Below, in pieces: positions 37,882 to 48,603 of a DNA stretch of 64,000 bases. This stretch comes from Candidatus Latescibacterota bacterium. Lineage in GTDB: Bacteria > Latescibacterota > UBA2968 > UBA8231. The DNA lies in contig CBDETK010000013.1 in assembly GCA_965242865.1 (NCBI GenBank), positions 3,168,001 to 3,232,000 on the forward strand, read 5' to 3'. The first letter of the stretch is position 1. Each line of letters opens with the position of its first letter. Made by a program: the position numbers and the translations under genes. The notes under the pieces were generated by a model that made no database searches, was not told where the DNA came from, and worked only from the letters and a program-made list of their open reading frames with translations.

Positions 37882-39087
37882 ATGAACCGCCTCCTGCTCA
37901 TCGCCCTGTGCTGTGTGCCCCTGTGCTCCTGCGTCGAAAGCCTCGTCAATCCGGGCGTTCAGCCTCTATCTGCGGCCAGTCCCCAAATAATGGTCCACTA
38001 CATGCCTTGGTACGCGGCGAAACCTGTCAGCGGCGAGTGGGGCTGGCACTGGACGATGAATCACTTTGATCCCAACACAATCGCCGACGAGGGCCGCCGC
38101 GAAATCGCCTCTCATTACTACCCATTGATCGGGCCGTACGATTCAAACGACCCTCACGTCTTGGAATGTCACGTTCTGCTTATGAAGTTCGCGGGTATTG
38201 ACGGCGCGATCATCGACTGGTACGGCATCCAAGACCACCGCGATTACGCCGCTATTCACCGCAACACAAACCACCTAATCGCATACATCAAAAAGGCCGG
38301 CTTGAGCTTTGCAATATGTTACGAAGACCAATCGATAAAGCACCTCGTCAACGATGGGGTGCTCCGCGCAAGCCAAGCTCTTAGCCACGGCAAGGATGTC
38401 TTGCGCTGGATGCAGGACCACTGGTTTGTCGCCGACGAATACGCCACGAGCGCAGGCCGCCCCCTGCTCTTCGTATTCGGCCCGCAGTATTTCAAGGGGG
38501 CGGCGTGGAAGGAGCTGTTTTCGGGCTTGCCGCAGCCTCCGTCTTTCTACACCCTGAACTCGCTCCAGGAAGGTGCCGACGGGGTGTTCGGCTGGCCGCC
38601 AGTACACGACGGCCGCGTCGTGCCGCCGGCCGCTTGGCGCGCGTACCTAAACCAGCTCTACGAAAAGGGCGGCGTGGGCACGGCGTTTCCCAAGTTCCAC
38701 GACATCTATGCGGAGGCTGGGGTGCGCGAAAGCTACGGGTATCTCGACGACCAAGGGGGCGCGGTTTTTGGCGAGACGCTAGCCCGCGCTGGGGAGGGCG
38801 CGTCCCTGATCCAGATCGTCACTTGGAACGATTACGGCGAGGGCACCATAATCGAGCCGACCGCAGAGTTTGGCTATCGCTATCTCGAAGCGATACAGAG
38901 CTACCGCAACCAGCAAGCCGGAACGACTTTTCCGTACCGCGCAGACGATCTGCGGCTGCCCATCGCGCTGTACCAGCTTCGCCAGCAAGCAGGGGCCGAC
39001 GGGCGGGCGGACAGCGCAGCGGTGCTTCTGTTCGCGTCTGAGCCTGAGGCTGCAAGCAGCATACTGCGGCGGGACGCCATTGACTAG
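37882..39087 (+). CDS. Glycoside hydrolase family 99/71-like lipoprotein
   Basis: MVHYMPWY, IASHYYPLIGPYDS.D, AGIDG.IIDWY, QIVTWNDYGEGT.IEP; lipobox-like LCSC. Confidence 0.8.
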   Translation: MNRLLLIALCCVPLCSCVESLVNPGVQPLSAASPQIMVHYMPWYAAKPVSGEWGWHWTMNHFDPNTIADEGRREIASHYYPLIGPYDSNDPHVLECHVLLMKFAGIDGAIIDWYGIQDHRDYAAIHRNTNHLIAYIKKAGLSFAICYEDQSIKHLVNDGVLRASQALSHGKDVLRWMQDHWFVADEYATSAGRPLLFVFGPQYFKGAAWKELFSGLPQPPSFYTLNSLQEGADGVFGWPPVHDGRVVPPAAWRAYLNQLYEKGGVGTAFPKFHDIYAEAGVRESYGYLDDQGGAVFGETLARAGEGASLIQIVTWNDYGEGTIIEPTAEFGYRYLEAIQSYRNQQAGTTFPYRADDLRLPIALYQLRQQAGADGRADSAAVLLFASEPEAASSILRRDAID

Positions 39088-39108
39088 AGCGAACCGCGGG
39101 GATACCCT

Positions 39109-40116
39109 TTGACGACCCTTCACCTGGAGCATGTCATGGCCCTAACCCCTGCCGAACGCCAGCAATTCCACGACCTCGGCTACGTAGTCAAAGAAGACCT
39201 CTACGCTCAAGCCGATCTGCAACCCCTCAAAGACGGCCTCACCGCCGTCATAGATCAGACGTGTACCGCTTTGCGAGAAGAAGGGCTGCTCGGCGCGGAA
39301 ACCTTGGCGGCCGACCCCTTTGAAACCCGCCTCGGTGCCCTCTTCAAAGCCAATGTCGCAGTCGGCGAGCGCGTGACGCAAGCGATTATGGGGCGCGGCG
39401 GCGGCGGCTTCAAAGAACAGGCCATTCTCGACTTTTTGCGCCACCCGCCGCTCGTGTCCTGCATCGAAAGCCTCGTCGGCCCCGACATCATTGGCTCGTC
39501 CGTGTATCGCATCCGCCCCAAGGCCCCGGGCTACGCACGCGGGGCCGTGCCGTGGCACCAAGACTCCGGGTATTTCATGCCCCACTGCGACGGGAGCTTG
39601 ATCGTGACCTGCTGGATTCCCCTCGTCGATGCCACCGTTGAAAACGGCTGCCTATACGTCATCCCCAAGGCGCACCGCAGCGGGGTCTATCGCCACTACA
39701 CCGGCGGGCAAGGTGGGTATCTCGAAATCGCTGGCGAAGACTTGCCGACACCCGCACCAGTCGCCTGCCCAATGCGCGCCGGCTCGGTGCTCTTTATGAC
39801 CAATCTCACCCCACACGCCTCCTTTGAGAACAACACCGACGTCGTCCGCTGGAGCGTCGATCTGCGCTACCAAGACGCCGAGGTTCCCAACAACACTGAC
39901 GAAGACCCCAAGGACTTCGACCCAGAACGAGAACGCGACCCGGTCACCATGGCCTGCTTGCCTACGGAAGGGGATTTTGTCATCAAAGACGCGCAAAACC
40001 CAGCGCGCGAAGTCACCGACATCGCCGAATTCAAGGAAATCCGCACCCGCTACGAACAAACCCCCGTCCACAAGCCCGGCCGCGGCTGGACTCCTTTTGC
40101 CGATCGTCAAGTCTGA
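39109..40116 (+). CDS. Phytanoyl-CoA dioxygenase (PhyH) family Fe/2OG enzyme
   Basis: VPWHQDSGY, TCWIPLVDAT.ENGCL, TPHAS..N..DVVRWSVDLRY. Confidence 0.88.
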   Translation: MTTLHLEHVMALTPAERQQFHDLGYVVKEDLYAQADLQPLKDGLTAVIDQTCTALREEGLLGAETLAADPFETRLGALFKANVAVGERVTQAIMGRGGGGFKEQAILDFLRHPPLVSCIESLVGPDIIGSSVYRIRPKAPGYARGAVPWHQDSGYFMPHCDGSLIVTCWIPLVDATVENGCLYVIPKAHRSGVYRHYTGGQGGYLEIAGEDLPTPAPVACPMRAGSVLFMTNLTPHASFENNTDVVRWSVDLRYQDAEVPNNTDEDPKDFDPERERDPVTMACLPTEGDFVIKDAQNPAREVTDIAEFKEIRTRYEQTPVHKPGRGWTPFADRQV

Positions 40117-40151
40117 GAAGCTGTCCTTACTACACGCCGCCAACCTTTCAA

Positions 40152-40178
40152 GGATCGAGGGCGGGACGCCCTCGATCC
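40152..40178. terminator. 12-bp perfect hairpin between convergent genes (terminator or REP)
   Basis: GGATCGAGGGCG-GGA-CGCCCTCGATCC. Confidence 0.55.
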
Positions 40179-40230
40179 CGGCCACAGCGGAAACAACAGA
40201 AAAGGCGGACGCAAAGTAAGTGTCGCGTAC

Positions 40231-40623
40231 TTAGGAAGCTATATGGCTTCTTCGATGACCAAGTTCGCGCTCAAGTTGGCTCGGCTGAGTTTGCACATCG
40301 CAAGCGAGCCTGCCGGCGTATGCCCACAAGTTTTTGCTTTCCAAGAAGCGGACGCTCTGGACGCAATCGCCCACTGGAGTAAATTGGCTGCCGGCTTCGC
40401 TGTTGCCCCATCCGCCAAAATCGAACCGGAGACAGTGGAAGCCGGCATCTGCCAGTTGGCGTGCGCCGTACACGTACATGCTATGGTCTCCGAACAGATG
40501 ATCGGGTTCGCCGGGGACGAATAGTACGCCGTGCCGCAGGTCATGCCTAGGGCTAGGCTGATGCAGTACGCCAAAGAGTTGGCTGTTTTCTCCTCGATAG
40601 ACAACGGGTCGCTCGTTGGTCAT
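40231..40623 (-). pseudogene. Truncated copy of the alpha/beta hydrolase at 50012-50854
   Basis: First ~95 codons nearly identical, then diverges before the nucleophile motif. Confidence 0.8.
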
Positions 40624-40664
40624 GGGTTGTCCCTTTGCTGAGAACGCACTTCGACGGAGTGGGA

Positions 40665-41122
40665 TTACTTGACGAAAACGAGCACACCCCAATACGCCGA
40701 ATAATGCACATACTTGGTGCTGATAACGGCCCCGTCCCCGTCGGGGAAGGGCGACCACGTACTGAGCACCCCAGAATCCTCCTCGTCCCCGTGGTCAAAC
40801 CGCATGAAGTTGGCTTTCCACTTATCCCCTACCTTCGGAGGAATGGAACGGTCCCCTAATAGATCTAGCTCGTCGGCTTGGACGCTGTCCGAGGGGCCTT
40901 CTTCTTCCGCATCTCCGTATCCATCGCGGACCAATGCGTTCAACGCGGCTTGGCTCATACTGCGCCAAGGAAAGAGAAATTCCACTGTCCATGCTTCGTC
41001 TCGATCGGTTCGATCCTCCAAGTTGCCCAATACGACCACCGCACTTTCAGCACCGGAATCCCAGTTGGAAAAAGGGCGACCGGCAGCCGCCGTGCTAGGA
41101 TGCTAAAACGAATCGCATTCAT
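40665..41122 (-). pseudogene. Remnant of a CBM9-like (carbohydrate-binding family 9-like) gene
   Basis: WDSGAESAVVVLGNLEDRTDRDEAWTVEFLFPW...PKVGDKWKANFMRFD; the AGGAGG-preceded ATG at 41122 is out of frame. Confidence 0.55.
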
Positions 41123-41171
41123 GTCCCACCTCCTTGGGATTAAGGCTTGGTTTGAGCTCGTCAGAGCCGCT

Positions 41172-43643
41172 CTACTCGCTCTGCAAGCCTTTGGTGATCG
41201 GCTCTCGCATCAGGGCCACTGTGTGCAACAACACTCCCGCACCGGCTGTGGCTGCCGCGGCCAAACTGCCCAGCGCGAGGAACAGCCAGTCGTCGTCTGT
41301 CCGCTGTGCGAACTGGTTCAGCCACTCTTCGACGCCGAGGTACGCCACGGGGCCGATCAGCAGGCATCCTGCCAGCACCAGCCACAGCAGCCGCCGTGCC
41401 AACAGACCCGCCACATGCCGACTCTCGGCGCCCAACGTGCGCATGAAGGCGATATTGCGCCGCTGATGAGACACCGTAATCGCCGTCAGGCCGTAGGCGC
41501 CCAGCGCGGCAATGAGCACGGCCAAGAAAGCTGACCCGCCGACGACCCATAGCCAGATCCGGTCCTCTCGGTAGTACGCGGCCAAGAAGTCTTCGAGCCT
41601 TGACAGATGCAGCATTTCGTCGGGGGCTATCGCTTTCCACGTGCGCTCGATGTGCTCCAAGGCCGCGTTGCCGGCCTTGGGGTCGAGGCGGATGAAGAAC
41701 AAGGCATGATCTGTTACGTTGGAGTCGAGTAAGAGCACTCCCGGTTCGACACTGCTTTTCAACGAATAGAAGCGATAGTCGCTCAACATCCCTACGACGC
41801 GCCCATTGGGCACGCGACGACCTAAGCGTTTCGTAAACTGCACGACTTGGCCGATGGGCTGATCCCAACCGGCTCGGGCGACAAAGGTCTCATTGACCAG
41901 AATGCCCGCTTGGTCCGGTCCCAAGTCTGCGCCCTGTACGAGTTGGAGGCCGAGCGTCTCGACAAAGCTCGAGTCCACTCGTAGGCACTCCGCCCGAATC
42001 TTGCGATCTTCACCGGGCAATATCGTCTCTTGCAGCCACGGCGTTCCCTTCTCTAGGAAATGATCCTTACTCATAGCCACCGACTTGATTCCACTATGGG
42101 CGAGCAGCCCCTCCTTGAGCCGATGTCGGAACGTCCTGTCAATGGCCTCCCGTAACGCATTCGTGTTGAGTACCAGCACATCATCAGGGACTAAGCCCAG
42201 ATCGAATGCCTGCAGGTGGTGTAGTTGCCGAACCATCACCAAGCTCGTACCCGCCAGCCCAGCACAGGCGGCGAACTGCATCACCACTAACGCACCGCCT
42301 AGTGCAGACCGACTGCTGAGTAGGCTGGTGCGACCCACCGCCTCGCTTGGGTTGATCCGGGCGAGGATTAGGCCGGGATAGGCGGCGGCCAAAAGGCTGG
42401 TGAGTACCAGCAGGACCAGTCCGCTAACGATAAAGGGGGGAGCAAGGTAGTCGAGACGCAGGTCTTGACCCAACACCGCATTGAACGCGGGCAACAGTGC
42501 CTCGCCGAGAACCAAGCCAATTACTAGCGACACGCCACACACCACCACCGTCTCGACCCAGAATTGCACCGGCAGTTGACCACGGGTCGCCCCCAAGACG
42601 ACGCGCACCCCAACTTCTAGCCCGCGCGTACTCGCCCGCGCCGTGGCGAGGTTGACGTAGTTGACCACGGCGACAGCCAGCAGCAGCACGGCAATGGCCA
42701 AGACGATATAGGTGGCCAGCGGGTCACGCGGCGGGGCGATGCCGTCGTATCCGTTCCCCTGCGTCACATCGGTGTCCGTGTGTAGAGCCGACAGGGGTTG
42801 CAACGCCACGCTAAGCTCCGCCTTGAGAGGGGCCAGCTTTTTGCTGTAATCGGATGAGTTCTCAATATACAACTGCCGCATCAACGCTTTGGCCTGCTTC
42901 AGATCGTCCCCGTTGGCGTCCTGCCGTAGTTGGACGAATAGGACGCTTCCCCGGTCCCAGAAGTCATCAATCCAGCGCCACAGGCGCTCGGAGTTGTGAA
43001 AGGGCAACAGGATATTCAACTGAATCGACGAGTTCGCCGGCGGCGGGGCGACCACGGCTTGGATGGTGTATTCCTTGCGCTCGGATTGGGGCCACCCCAC
43101 ATCGATCCGTATTACCTGCCCCACCGCCGGCTCGTCGCCGAAGTAGCGGCGGGCGAACTCGCGGCTGACCACGACGCCATCTTTTGCCTGCAGAGCCGTC
43201 CGCGAATCGCCCGCGTCGAGGGGGAAAGAGAACACCTCAAAGAAATTCTCATCGACCAGTAAAAACGGCTCGTCGTTCCATCTATCGCCTATCCGCACAC
43301 GGATGCGCCGACCTTCCAACGACGGTCTGTGACCAGAAGCCAACCGGACCGTTTCTTCAACTTGGGGCACGGCGTTCTGAATAGCCTCGGCCATGGCGAC
43401 CGGGGTGTGATCCCCGAACTTCGCACGGTCATAGCCCGGGATTGTAATATCGAACACCACTCGATATAAGTGCGCCCCGTTCTCGTGGAAGCTATCGTAG
43501 TTCCACTCGTGCGATACCAGCGCGTGAGCTAAGACGCAGAAGCCAAACGCCAGTGATAGACTGCACACTTCAATGAAGCTCAGCAGCTTGTGCCGTCGCA
43601 GAACGCGCACGGCGACCTGTAAGTAATTACCGATCATGTTCAT
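41172..43643 (-). CDS. MacB/FtsX-like ABC transporter permease 1
   Basis: NYLQVAVRVLRRHK..SFI, YDSFH, NYVNL.TARA..R..EVGVR..LGA, two FtsX domains; start reassigned from 43739. Confidence 0.88.
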   Translation of the reverse strand: MNMIGNYLQVAVRVLRRHKLLSFIEVCSLSLAFGFCVLAHALVSHEWNYDSFHENGAHLYRVVFDITIPGYDRAKFGDHTPVAMAEAIQNAVPQVEETVRLASGHRPSLEGRRIRVRIGDRWNDEPFLLVDENFFEVFSFPLDAGDSRTALQAKDGVVVSREFARRYFGDEPAVGQVIRIDVGWPQSERKEYTIQAVVAPPPANSSIQLNILLPFHNSERLWRWIDDFWDRGSVLFVQLRQDANGDDLKQAKALMRQLYIENSSDYSKKLAPLKAELSVALQPLSALHTDTDVTQGNGYDGIAPPRDPLATYIVLAIAVLLLAVAVVNYVNLATARASTRGLEVGVRVVLGATRGQLPVQFWVETVVVCGVSLVIGLVLGEALLPAFNAVLGQDLRLDYLAPPFIVSGLVLLVLTSLLAAAYPGLILARINPSEAVGRTSLLSSRSALGGALVVMQFAACAGLAGTSLVMVRQLHHLQAFDLGLVPDDVLVLNTNALREAIDRTFRHRLKEGLLAHSGIKSVAMSKDHFLEKGTPWLQETILPGEDRKIRAECLRVDSSFVETLGLQLVQGADLGPDQAGILVNETFVARAGWDQPIGQVVQFTKRLGRRVPNGRVVGMLSDYRFYSLKSSVEPGVLLLDSNVTDHALFFIRLDPKAGNAALEHIERTWKAIAPDEMLHLSRLEDFLAAYYREDRIWLWVVGGSAFLAVLIAALGAYGLTAITVSHQRRNIAFMRTLGAESRHVAGLLARRLLWLVLAGCLLIGPVAYLGVEEWLNQFAQRTDDDWLFLALGSLAAAATAGAGVLLHTVALMREPITKGLQSE

Positions 43644-43784
43644 GGTTCCTGCTCCTGTCGTGTATCTACTTTCCTTATTAGCATCAAGGTATTCATGCCA
43701 AGGAGACGAAGGGCTTAGTGGGTTGGATATGTGAAGCATGTTCCTTTCGGCCTTCGTTTGTCATGGCCTTCTACCCAAAAGAAA

Positions 43785-43904
43785 AGCAAAATGTATGCCA
43801 TACTATCTAACTTTTTGAAAGACAACAAGATGTGTCGAATTGTCCTCCTGAGCACTCCATTGGCAGTGTCCGCTGGTGATACAGGGGTGTCCGCTGGTGA
43901 TACA
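43785..43904 (-). promoter_or_regulatory. Sigma-54 promoter, IHF-like site and tandem UAS
   Basis: Minus strand TGGCATACATTTTGC; TTTCAA-AAAG-TTA; TGTCCGCTGGTGATACA at 43867 and 43888. Confidence 0.8.
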
Positions 43905-43944
43905 CTCGCGGTGCAACCAGCACTCCCGTCGGCTTCTATCATTT

Positions 43945-44100
43945 GCTCTGCAAGCCTTTGGTGATCGGCTCGCGCATCAGGGCCACTGTGTGCAACAACA
44001 CTCCCGCACCGGCTGTGGCTGCCACGGCCAAACTGTCCAGCACGAGGAACAGCCAGCCCTCGTCGATCCGCTGCGAGAAATAGATCAGCCACTCTTCGAC
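43945..44100 (-). pseudogene. 3' fragment of a third MacB-like permease
   Basis: Matches the permease 3' end at ~41179-41333. Confidence 0.75.
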
Positions 44101-44281
44101 AGTACGCGACCCTTACTTTGAGTCCGTCTTTTCTGCTGTTGCCGCTACGTCCGGGATCGAGGGCAAGAGGCTCGCGATTCTTGGAAGGCTGGAAGGCTGG
44201 GAGGGGAGTTGGTGTAGTAAGCAGCATACTAAAAACGAAATACGCTGAATTACGGCGTGGCTGGCCTAGCATTACTATCCG

Positions 44282-45592
44282 CTAGCGTACAATGGGAGAG
44301 GCCCCTAGAATCCCGGCCCATCCTTCGTCCTGTAACTCTACAGCGTGTTCCATGCCTTGGATTATATTGTCCTCAATGGAGCAATACGTCCAAGCCCCAT
44401 AACGACCGATGCTGCTGATGCCAAAGTGCCCCAACTCGCTCCTCTGTCTAGCGGCTTCTCGTTGCGCCAAAGGAGTTATGTGGACGTACGCCGGTGCCAT
44501 GATCACCGAATGCCAGTCCACCAATTTGTGCCCTCGGATTATGCCGCATCCCTCCAATTCAACTAGCACCCGGTCTAGCGTCCTTCTCACTACTGACTCA
44601 TCAACGCGGGCTGCCATAGGCAGTCCTACTTCCACGTAGAGGCTCATCTCGTCGGAGGCGAAAAGGTTGTCGTAGAAACCAACCCGATAGAAGGAAAGAT
44701 CGACTTGCGGGAAATACACCCAATGAACGCCCTCCCAGCTCTTGCGGTCGAAGCCTAAGTTGAAAACTAGCACCTTGCTACAGGTATAAGCATCTGGACC
44801 GTAGTCCCAATCGCATACATCGAGGAACCGAGGTAGTGGAATCGTGTTGACCAACCTGTCGTAGGCCCACGTTCTCTTATTGGTCACTACGGTTTTCTTG
44901 GATATATCGACCGCTAAAACCTGTTCGTTGACGCAGATATTTTCGGCGGGGATATCCTGCGCTAGGGCTTTCACATACTCAAAAGCCCCACCTGCTGGGT
45001 AGGCGAACTCAGCATTGTAACTGGTGTCCTCGCCATGGCCCCGGAAATTCTGGACGATCTCTTCCACCCTGACATGTGGAAAGAATCTCCCCAGCGCCTC
45101 GGGGGCCAAGCGGTCTAGATCCACCGAATAAACCTTCTCGTTGTACGGGATTAGGAACTTTTCCGCAATCGAGTGTCCGTAATGGGCGATGAGCATGTCC
45201 TTGAAGGTGTGTACAACGCGATTTTCGCGAAACAACAGATCGTATAGACACGCTAGGAAATCCGCTTTTTTAAGCTGGTGTATATTCTGTTGGAACGGAT
45301 AATCCACCAATTGACCGTCGTAATATATATAGCACCGCTTGGCCCCTTTGTAGATGCGTTGCGGCTCCATGCGCGAAAAGAGGTATTGCTCAATTTCCTG
45401 CCTCTGAAAATGAAAAAAGTGGCCGGAGTAGTCCCAAGTATAGCCATTGCGCCTAATCGTTTTGCAGTATCCCCCTATTTCCGGCTCCCTCTCGATAATT
45501 GCGTACGCATCATCGGGAAGCCAATTCGCCACCGCTAGTCCAGTAATGCCGCCGCCAATTATCACATATTCTCTTTCCTCTGTATCGCGCAT
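44282..45592 (-). CDS. FAD-dependent oxidoreductase (protoporphyrinogen oxidase/UDP-galactopyranose mutase-like)
   Basis: IIGGGITGL, E....GGYC.T....GYTWDYSGHFFH, PYNEK, GRYGAW.Y. Confidence 0.8.
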   Translation of the reverse strand: MRDTEEREYVIIGGGITGLAVANWLPDDAYAIIEREPEIGGYCKTIRRNGYTWDYSGHFFHFQRQEIEQYLFSRMEPQRIYKGAKRCYIYYDGQLVDYPFQQNIHQLKKADFLACLYDLLFRENRVVHTFKDMLIAHYGHSIAEKFLIPYNEKVYSVDLDRLAPEALGRFFPHVRVEEIVQNFRGHGEDTSYNAEFAYPAGGAFEYVKALAQDIPAENICVNEQVLAVDISKKTVVTNKRTWAYDRLVNTIPLPRFLDVCDWDYGPDAYTCSKVLVFNLGFDRKSWEGVHWVYFPQVDLSFYRVGFYDNLFASDEMSLYVEVGLPMAARVDESVVRRTLDRVLVELEGCGIIRGHKLVDWHSVIMAPAYVHITPLAQREAARQRSELGHFGISSIGRYGAWTYCSIEDNIIQGMEHAVELQDEGWAGILGASPIVR

Positions 45593-45607
45593 AACAGTAT
45601 CTCCGTA

Positions 45608-46420
45608 CTAAAAGGAGGCGTCCCGGACCACCGAGGCGATTCGACGAATGGCGACGTTCTGACGCGGACCGGTCCTTGCTACTGGGCGGTTCCAGTACGG
45701 CGGACAGGAGAGACGCCATTGATCTCCAGCGCGGCCTTTATCGCGCCCAGTATAGACGTAAGCTACTGAGGCGAGAACCTCGTCCGCGTTATTCCCACCG
45801 TGTTTTTCCAACTCTTGGAGTAACTGAGATTTCACTCTGTGCCCCAGCATGTCTATTTCGGATTCGGTCTCTATCTCTTTGGCTAAATCCACTGTCTGTT
45901 GCCATGCACATCCTTGGCGGATCATCCCGACTATCTTGCGTTTGCGGTCCAAGGTCTTGAGATACTGGCCTATGGAATCAACCGGATCTATCACCCAGAC
46001 CATCTTGACGAGCGGGCTTTCCTCGGCGAGCCAGATCCCCATATTCGCCCCCAGTCTGCAACCGACTATGGTCAAGCGCGAGGTATCAATATGGCCGCAG
46101 TCCCGCAGCAGGAAATTGAGGCCAACCTGATAATCCCGGCGCAGCTCATTGAGATTTGAAGACGCTATTTCGCCGCCTGTATTCCCGTGTCCCTGCGGTT
46201 CTACTCGGACGACGGACATCCCCAACTGCGCCATGGCCCGGCACAAATCAACCGACCAAGTGTAGCTGGCATAGAATTCGGTCAGCAAGGGATGCAGGTA
46301 GAGTACCGGCCGGCTCTGGCCATGGAGAGTACTTTTGGGCTGGTAGTGCGCGTAGTACAACCGCCCATCGAGTACGCCGTGCATCTCTCGACATTTCTCG
46401 CCCAACTCAACCGGCTGCAT
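45608..46420 (-). CDS. Alpha/beta hydrolase, exosortase-A-system hydrolase-2-like
   Basis: GHGNTGG, elbow motif GCRLG; start reassigned to MQPVEL after GGAGG. Confidence 0.65.
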   Translation of the reverse strand: MQPVELGEKCREMHGVLDGRLYYAHYQPKSTLHGQSRPVLYLHPLLTEFYASYTWSVDLCRAMAQLGMSVVRVEPQGHGNTGGEIASSNLNELRRDYQVGLNFLLRDCGHIDTSRLTIVGCRLGANMGIWLAEESPLVKMVWVIDPVDSIGQYLKTLDRKRKIVGMIRQGCAWQQTVDLAKEIETESEIDMLGHRVKSQLLQELEKHGGNNADEVLASVAYVYTGRDKGRAGDQWRLSCPPYWNRPVARTGPRQNVAIRRIASVVRDASF

Positions 46421-47543
46421 TGCAAGCCTCCCAGTACACTTCCTTGTATCTCTCGCACATTGCATTGAAGTTCCAACGGGCGACCCCTTTGCGTGCTCGC
46501 TCTCCCATCTGTTTGAGCTGTCCGCGGTCATTGAGTAAGTGAACGACTGCCGCCGCTCCTCCTTCGGTATCGCCCCGCCCAATCAGAACGCCAGCCTTTG
46601 TCTCTTCGATGATCTCGATGCAGCCATCGACGCGAGTACATACTACGGGGACGCCCGCCGCCATGGCTTCCAAGACCACAAGGCCCAATCCCTCGTGTGC
46701 CGACATCAGTACAAACACATCCATCGCCGCCATGATAGCGGGCACATCGCGCCGCCAACCTAGTAGGCGGATGCTTTCTTCCAAGCCGTCGCGGTCTATT
46801 TGGCGTTGAATTTCCTGTCGCAACTCTCCGTCGCCGACCACTACTGCCGTCATATTGGGGATCGCATTCCGCACCTGCTTACACACTTCCACAAAATCCC
46901 CGACCCGTTTGCCGGGCTTCATACAACTCACAGTACCGATCACGACACCGTCGCCCCGCAGACCAAGCGCGGCTCTGGCCTGACTACGAGTCGGTAGCTT
47001 GGCGAACTGGAGAGCGTCGAATCCCCCGGAAATCACCCTCACCCTTCCATCCGGTGCGAGACCGTGCTCCATGCAGGTCTTTTTTAACCTTTCCGAAACC
47101 ACGACTTGGACCGCCGACAGCTTGGCGGCCAACCGCTCGCAGGTCAGATAGACCTTTTCGACCGGACTCATCGCCGAGACGTCGCAACCTATACCGTGGA
47201 CCGTATGGATGCACGGAATGTGTAGCAATCGCGCCGCCACCCGGCCGATCAACCCAGCCTTTGGCGTATGGGTGTGGACAATGTCCGGTTTGAACCGACT
47301 GAGCAGGCTCATTATCCGAACCAACGCTCGGAGATCTTTGAAAGGTGTTATTTCCCGGCGGAGCGTCGCTACCGTGATTACTTCTACCCCTCGTGCTCCC
47401 CGGAGATCTTGCAGCAGCAGTCCGCGCTCATTGGTTATGACGCAGACTTGCCAATTGGACTGCGCCAACCGGCTGGCCAACTCAATGACTATACGCTGCG
47501 CCCCGCCAAGCTGTAGTTCGGTTATTATCAACGCTATTTTCAC
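46407..47543 (-). CDS. Glycosyltransferase family 4
   Basis: GGAQR, PDIVHTHTPKAG, HTVHG, EGLGLVVLEAMAAGVPVV. Confidence 0.92.
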   Translation of the reverse strand: MKIALIITELQLGGAQRIVIELASRLAQSNWQVCVITNERGLLLQDLRGARGVEVITVATLRREITPFKDLRALVRIMSLLSRFKPDIVHTHTPKAGLIGRVAARLLHIPCIHTVHGIGCDVSAMSPVEKVYLTCERLAAKLSAVQVVVSERLKKTCMEHGLAPDGRVRVISGGFDALQFAKLPTRSQARAALGLRGDGVVIGTVSCMKPGKRVGDFVEVCKQVRNAIPNMTAVVVGDGELRQEIQRQIDRDGLEESIRLLGWRRDVPAIMAAMDVFVLMSAHEGLGLVVLEAMAAGVPVVCTRVDGCIEIIEETKAGVLIGRGDTEGGAAAVVHLLNDRGQLKQMGERARKGVARWNFNAMCERYKEVYWEACNAAG

Positions 47544-47564
47544 GATTTCTCTCCTCGCACTGGC

Positions 47565-48569
47565 CTAGCTATGGGGACGGGGCAACTTGGCTAGTCGGTC
47601 GCCTAGGACAACCATCAACCCCACCAAGCTGCCAACGCATATCCACGTGTAGCTTTGGGCTTGGCCAAAGACGAGTACGGCCAAGATGCCCAGCAGACCT
47701 GTACTTACGACAGCGGCCAACACCAATTGAACGCCGGTAAGGCCGACGGCCCCCAACCGATGCGCCAGATGGTCGCGGCTCCCCTGTAGGATCGGTATTC
47801 CGCGACGCCACCTGCACAGCGAAACGAGCAGCACATCTAGGACGGGCACGGCCAAGACGAGACCGGCTGCCGCCCAGTCTTCTATGCGCTTAGTCCCCAC
47901 GCCCAACTTGATGCACAGGACGCCCAGCAGGAAACCGAGTAAAAGGCTCCCGCCATCCCCCAAAAACATTCGAGCCCGAGGAAAGTTGAAAAACAGAAAC
48001 GCAACCGTGGCACCGACGATCGCGATGCTAGTCAGCGCAACGGGTGCGTCGCCCGCATAAAACCCGAGCACAGCGATAACCGCGGCAGCGGTGGCGGCAA
48101 CCGCGGCGGCTAGACCATTGGCTACGTCGAGGATATTAAACGCATTGGTCAACAGCACGAGCCATGCTGAGGCGGCCACCACCCACAACCAGTCAGCGCC
48201 GATCAACGCATAGGCCACCAGCGGGCAGACGAGGAGTTGGACTGACAACTTGAACCGAGCCGACAGTCCGATCTTGTCGTCGATAGTCCCCAGCACCAGC
48301 AAGACTAAGGCCCCAACCGCAACTCCTTGGCCCAACAGGTCAACGGGATGCTGACCAATGAACGCCAAGGCCAAGACGCTGGCCAAGCACAAGGCTAGCC
48401 CTCCCAGATACGCGACGGGTTCGGCGTGCCGCTTGAGTTTGCCATTGGGCTGGTCAACTATGCCTAGCGTTCGGGCCACAAAAATCGCCACCGGCGACAA
48501 GGCCACGCCCAAGGAAAACGAAACGGCTGTCAGCATTAGTAAGGGCCAAGTGTCCCCGTCAAGTTCCAT
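47565..48569 (-). CDS. MraY/WecA-family polyprenyl-phosphate sugar-1-phosphate transferase
   Basis: YLGGLA, GTIDD, NAFNILD.ANGL, FNFPRARMFLGDGGS, DHLAHRL. Confidence 0.88.
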   Translation of the reverse strand: MELDGDTWPLLMLTAVSFSLGVALSPVAIFVARTLGIVDQPNGKLKRHAEPVAYLGGLALCLASVLALAFIGQHPVDLLGQGVAVGALVLLVLGTIDDKIGLSARFKLSVQLLVCPLVAYALIGADWLWVVAASAWLVLLTNAFNILDVANGLAAAVAATAAAVIAVLGFYAGDAPVALTSIAIVGATVAFLFFNFPRARMFLGDGGSLLLGFLLGVLCIKLGVGTKRIEDWAAAGLVLAVPVLDVLLVSLCRWRRGIPILQGSRDHLAHRLGAVGLTGVQLVLAAVVSTGLLGILAVLVFGQAQSYTWICVGSLVGLMVVLGDRLAKLPRPHS

Positions 48570-48603
48570 TGTAGCACCTCTTTTCCCGACCCCCGACGAT
48601 CAG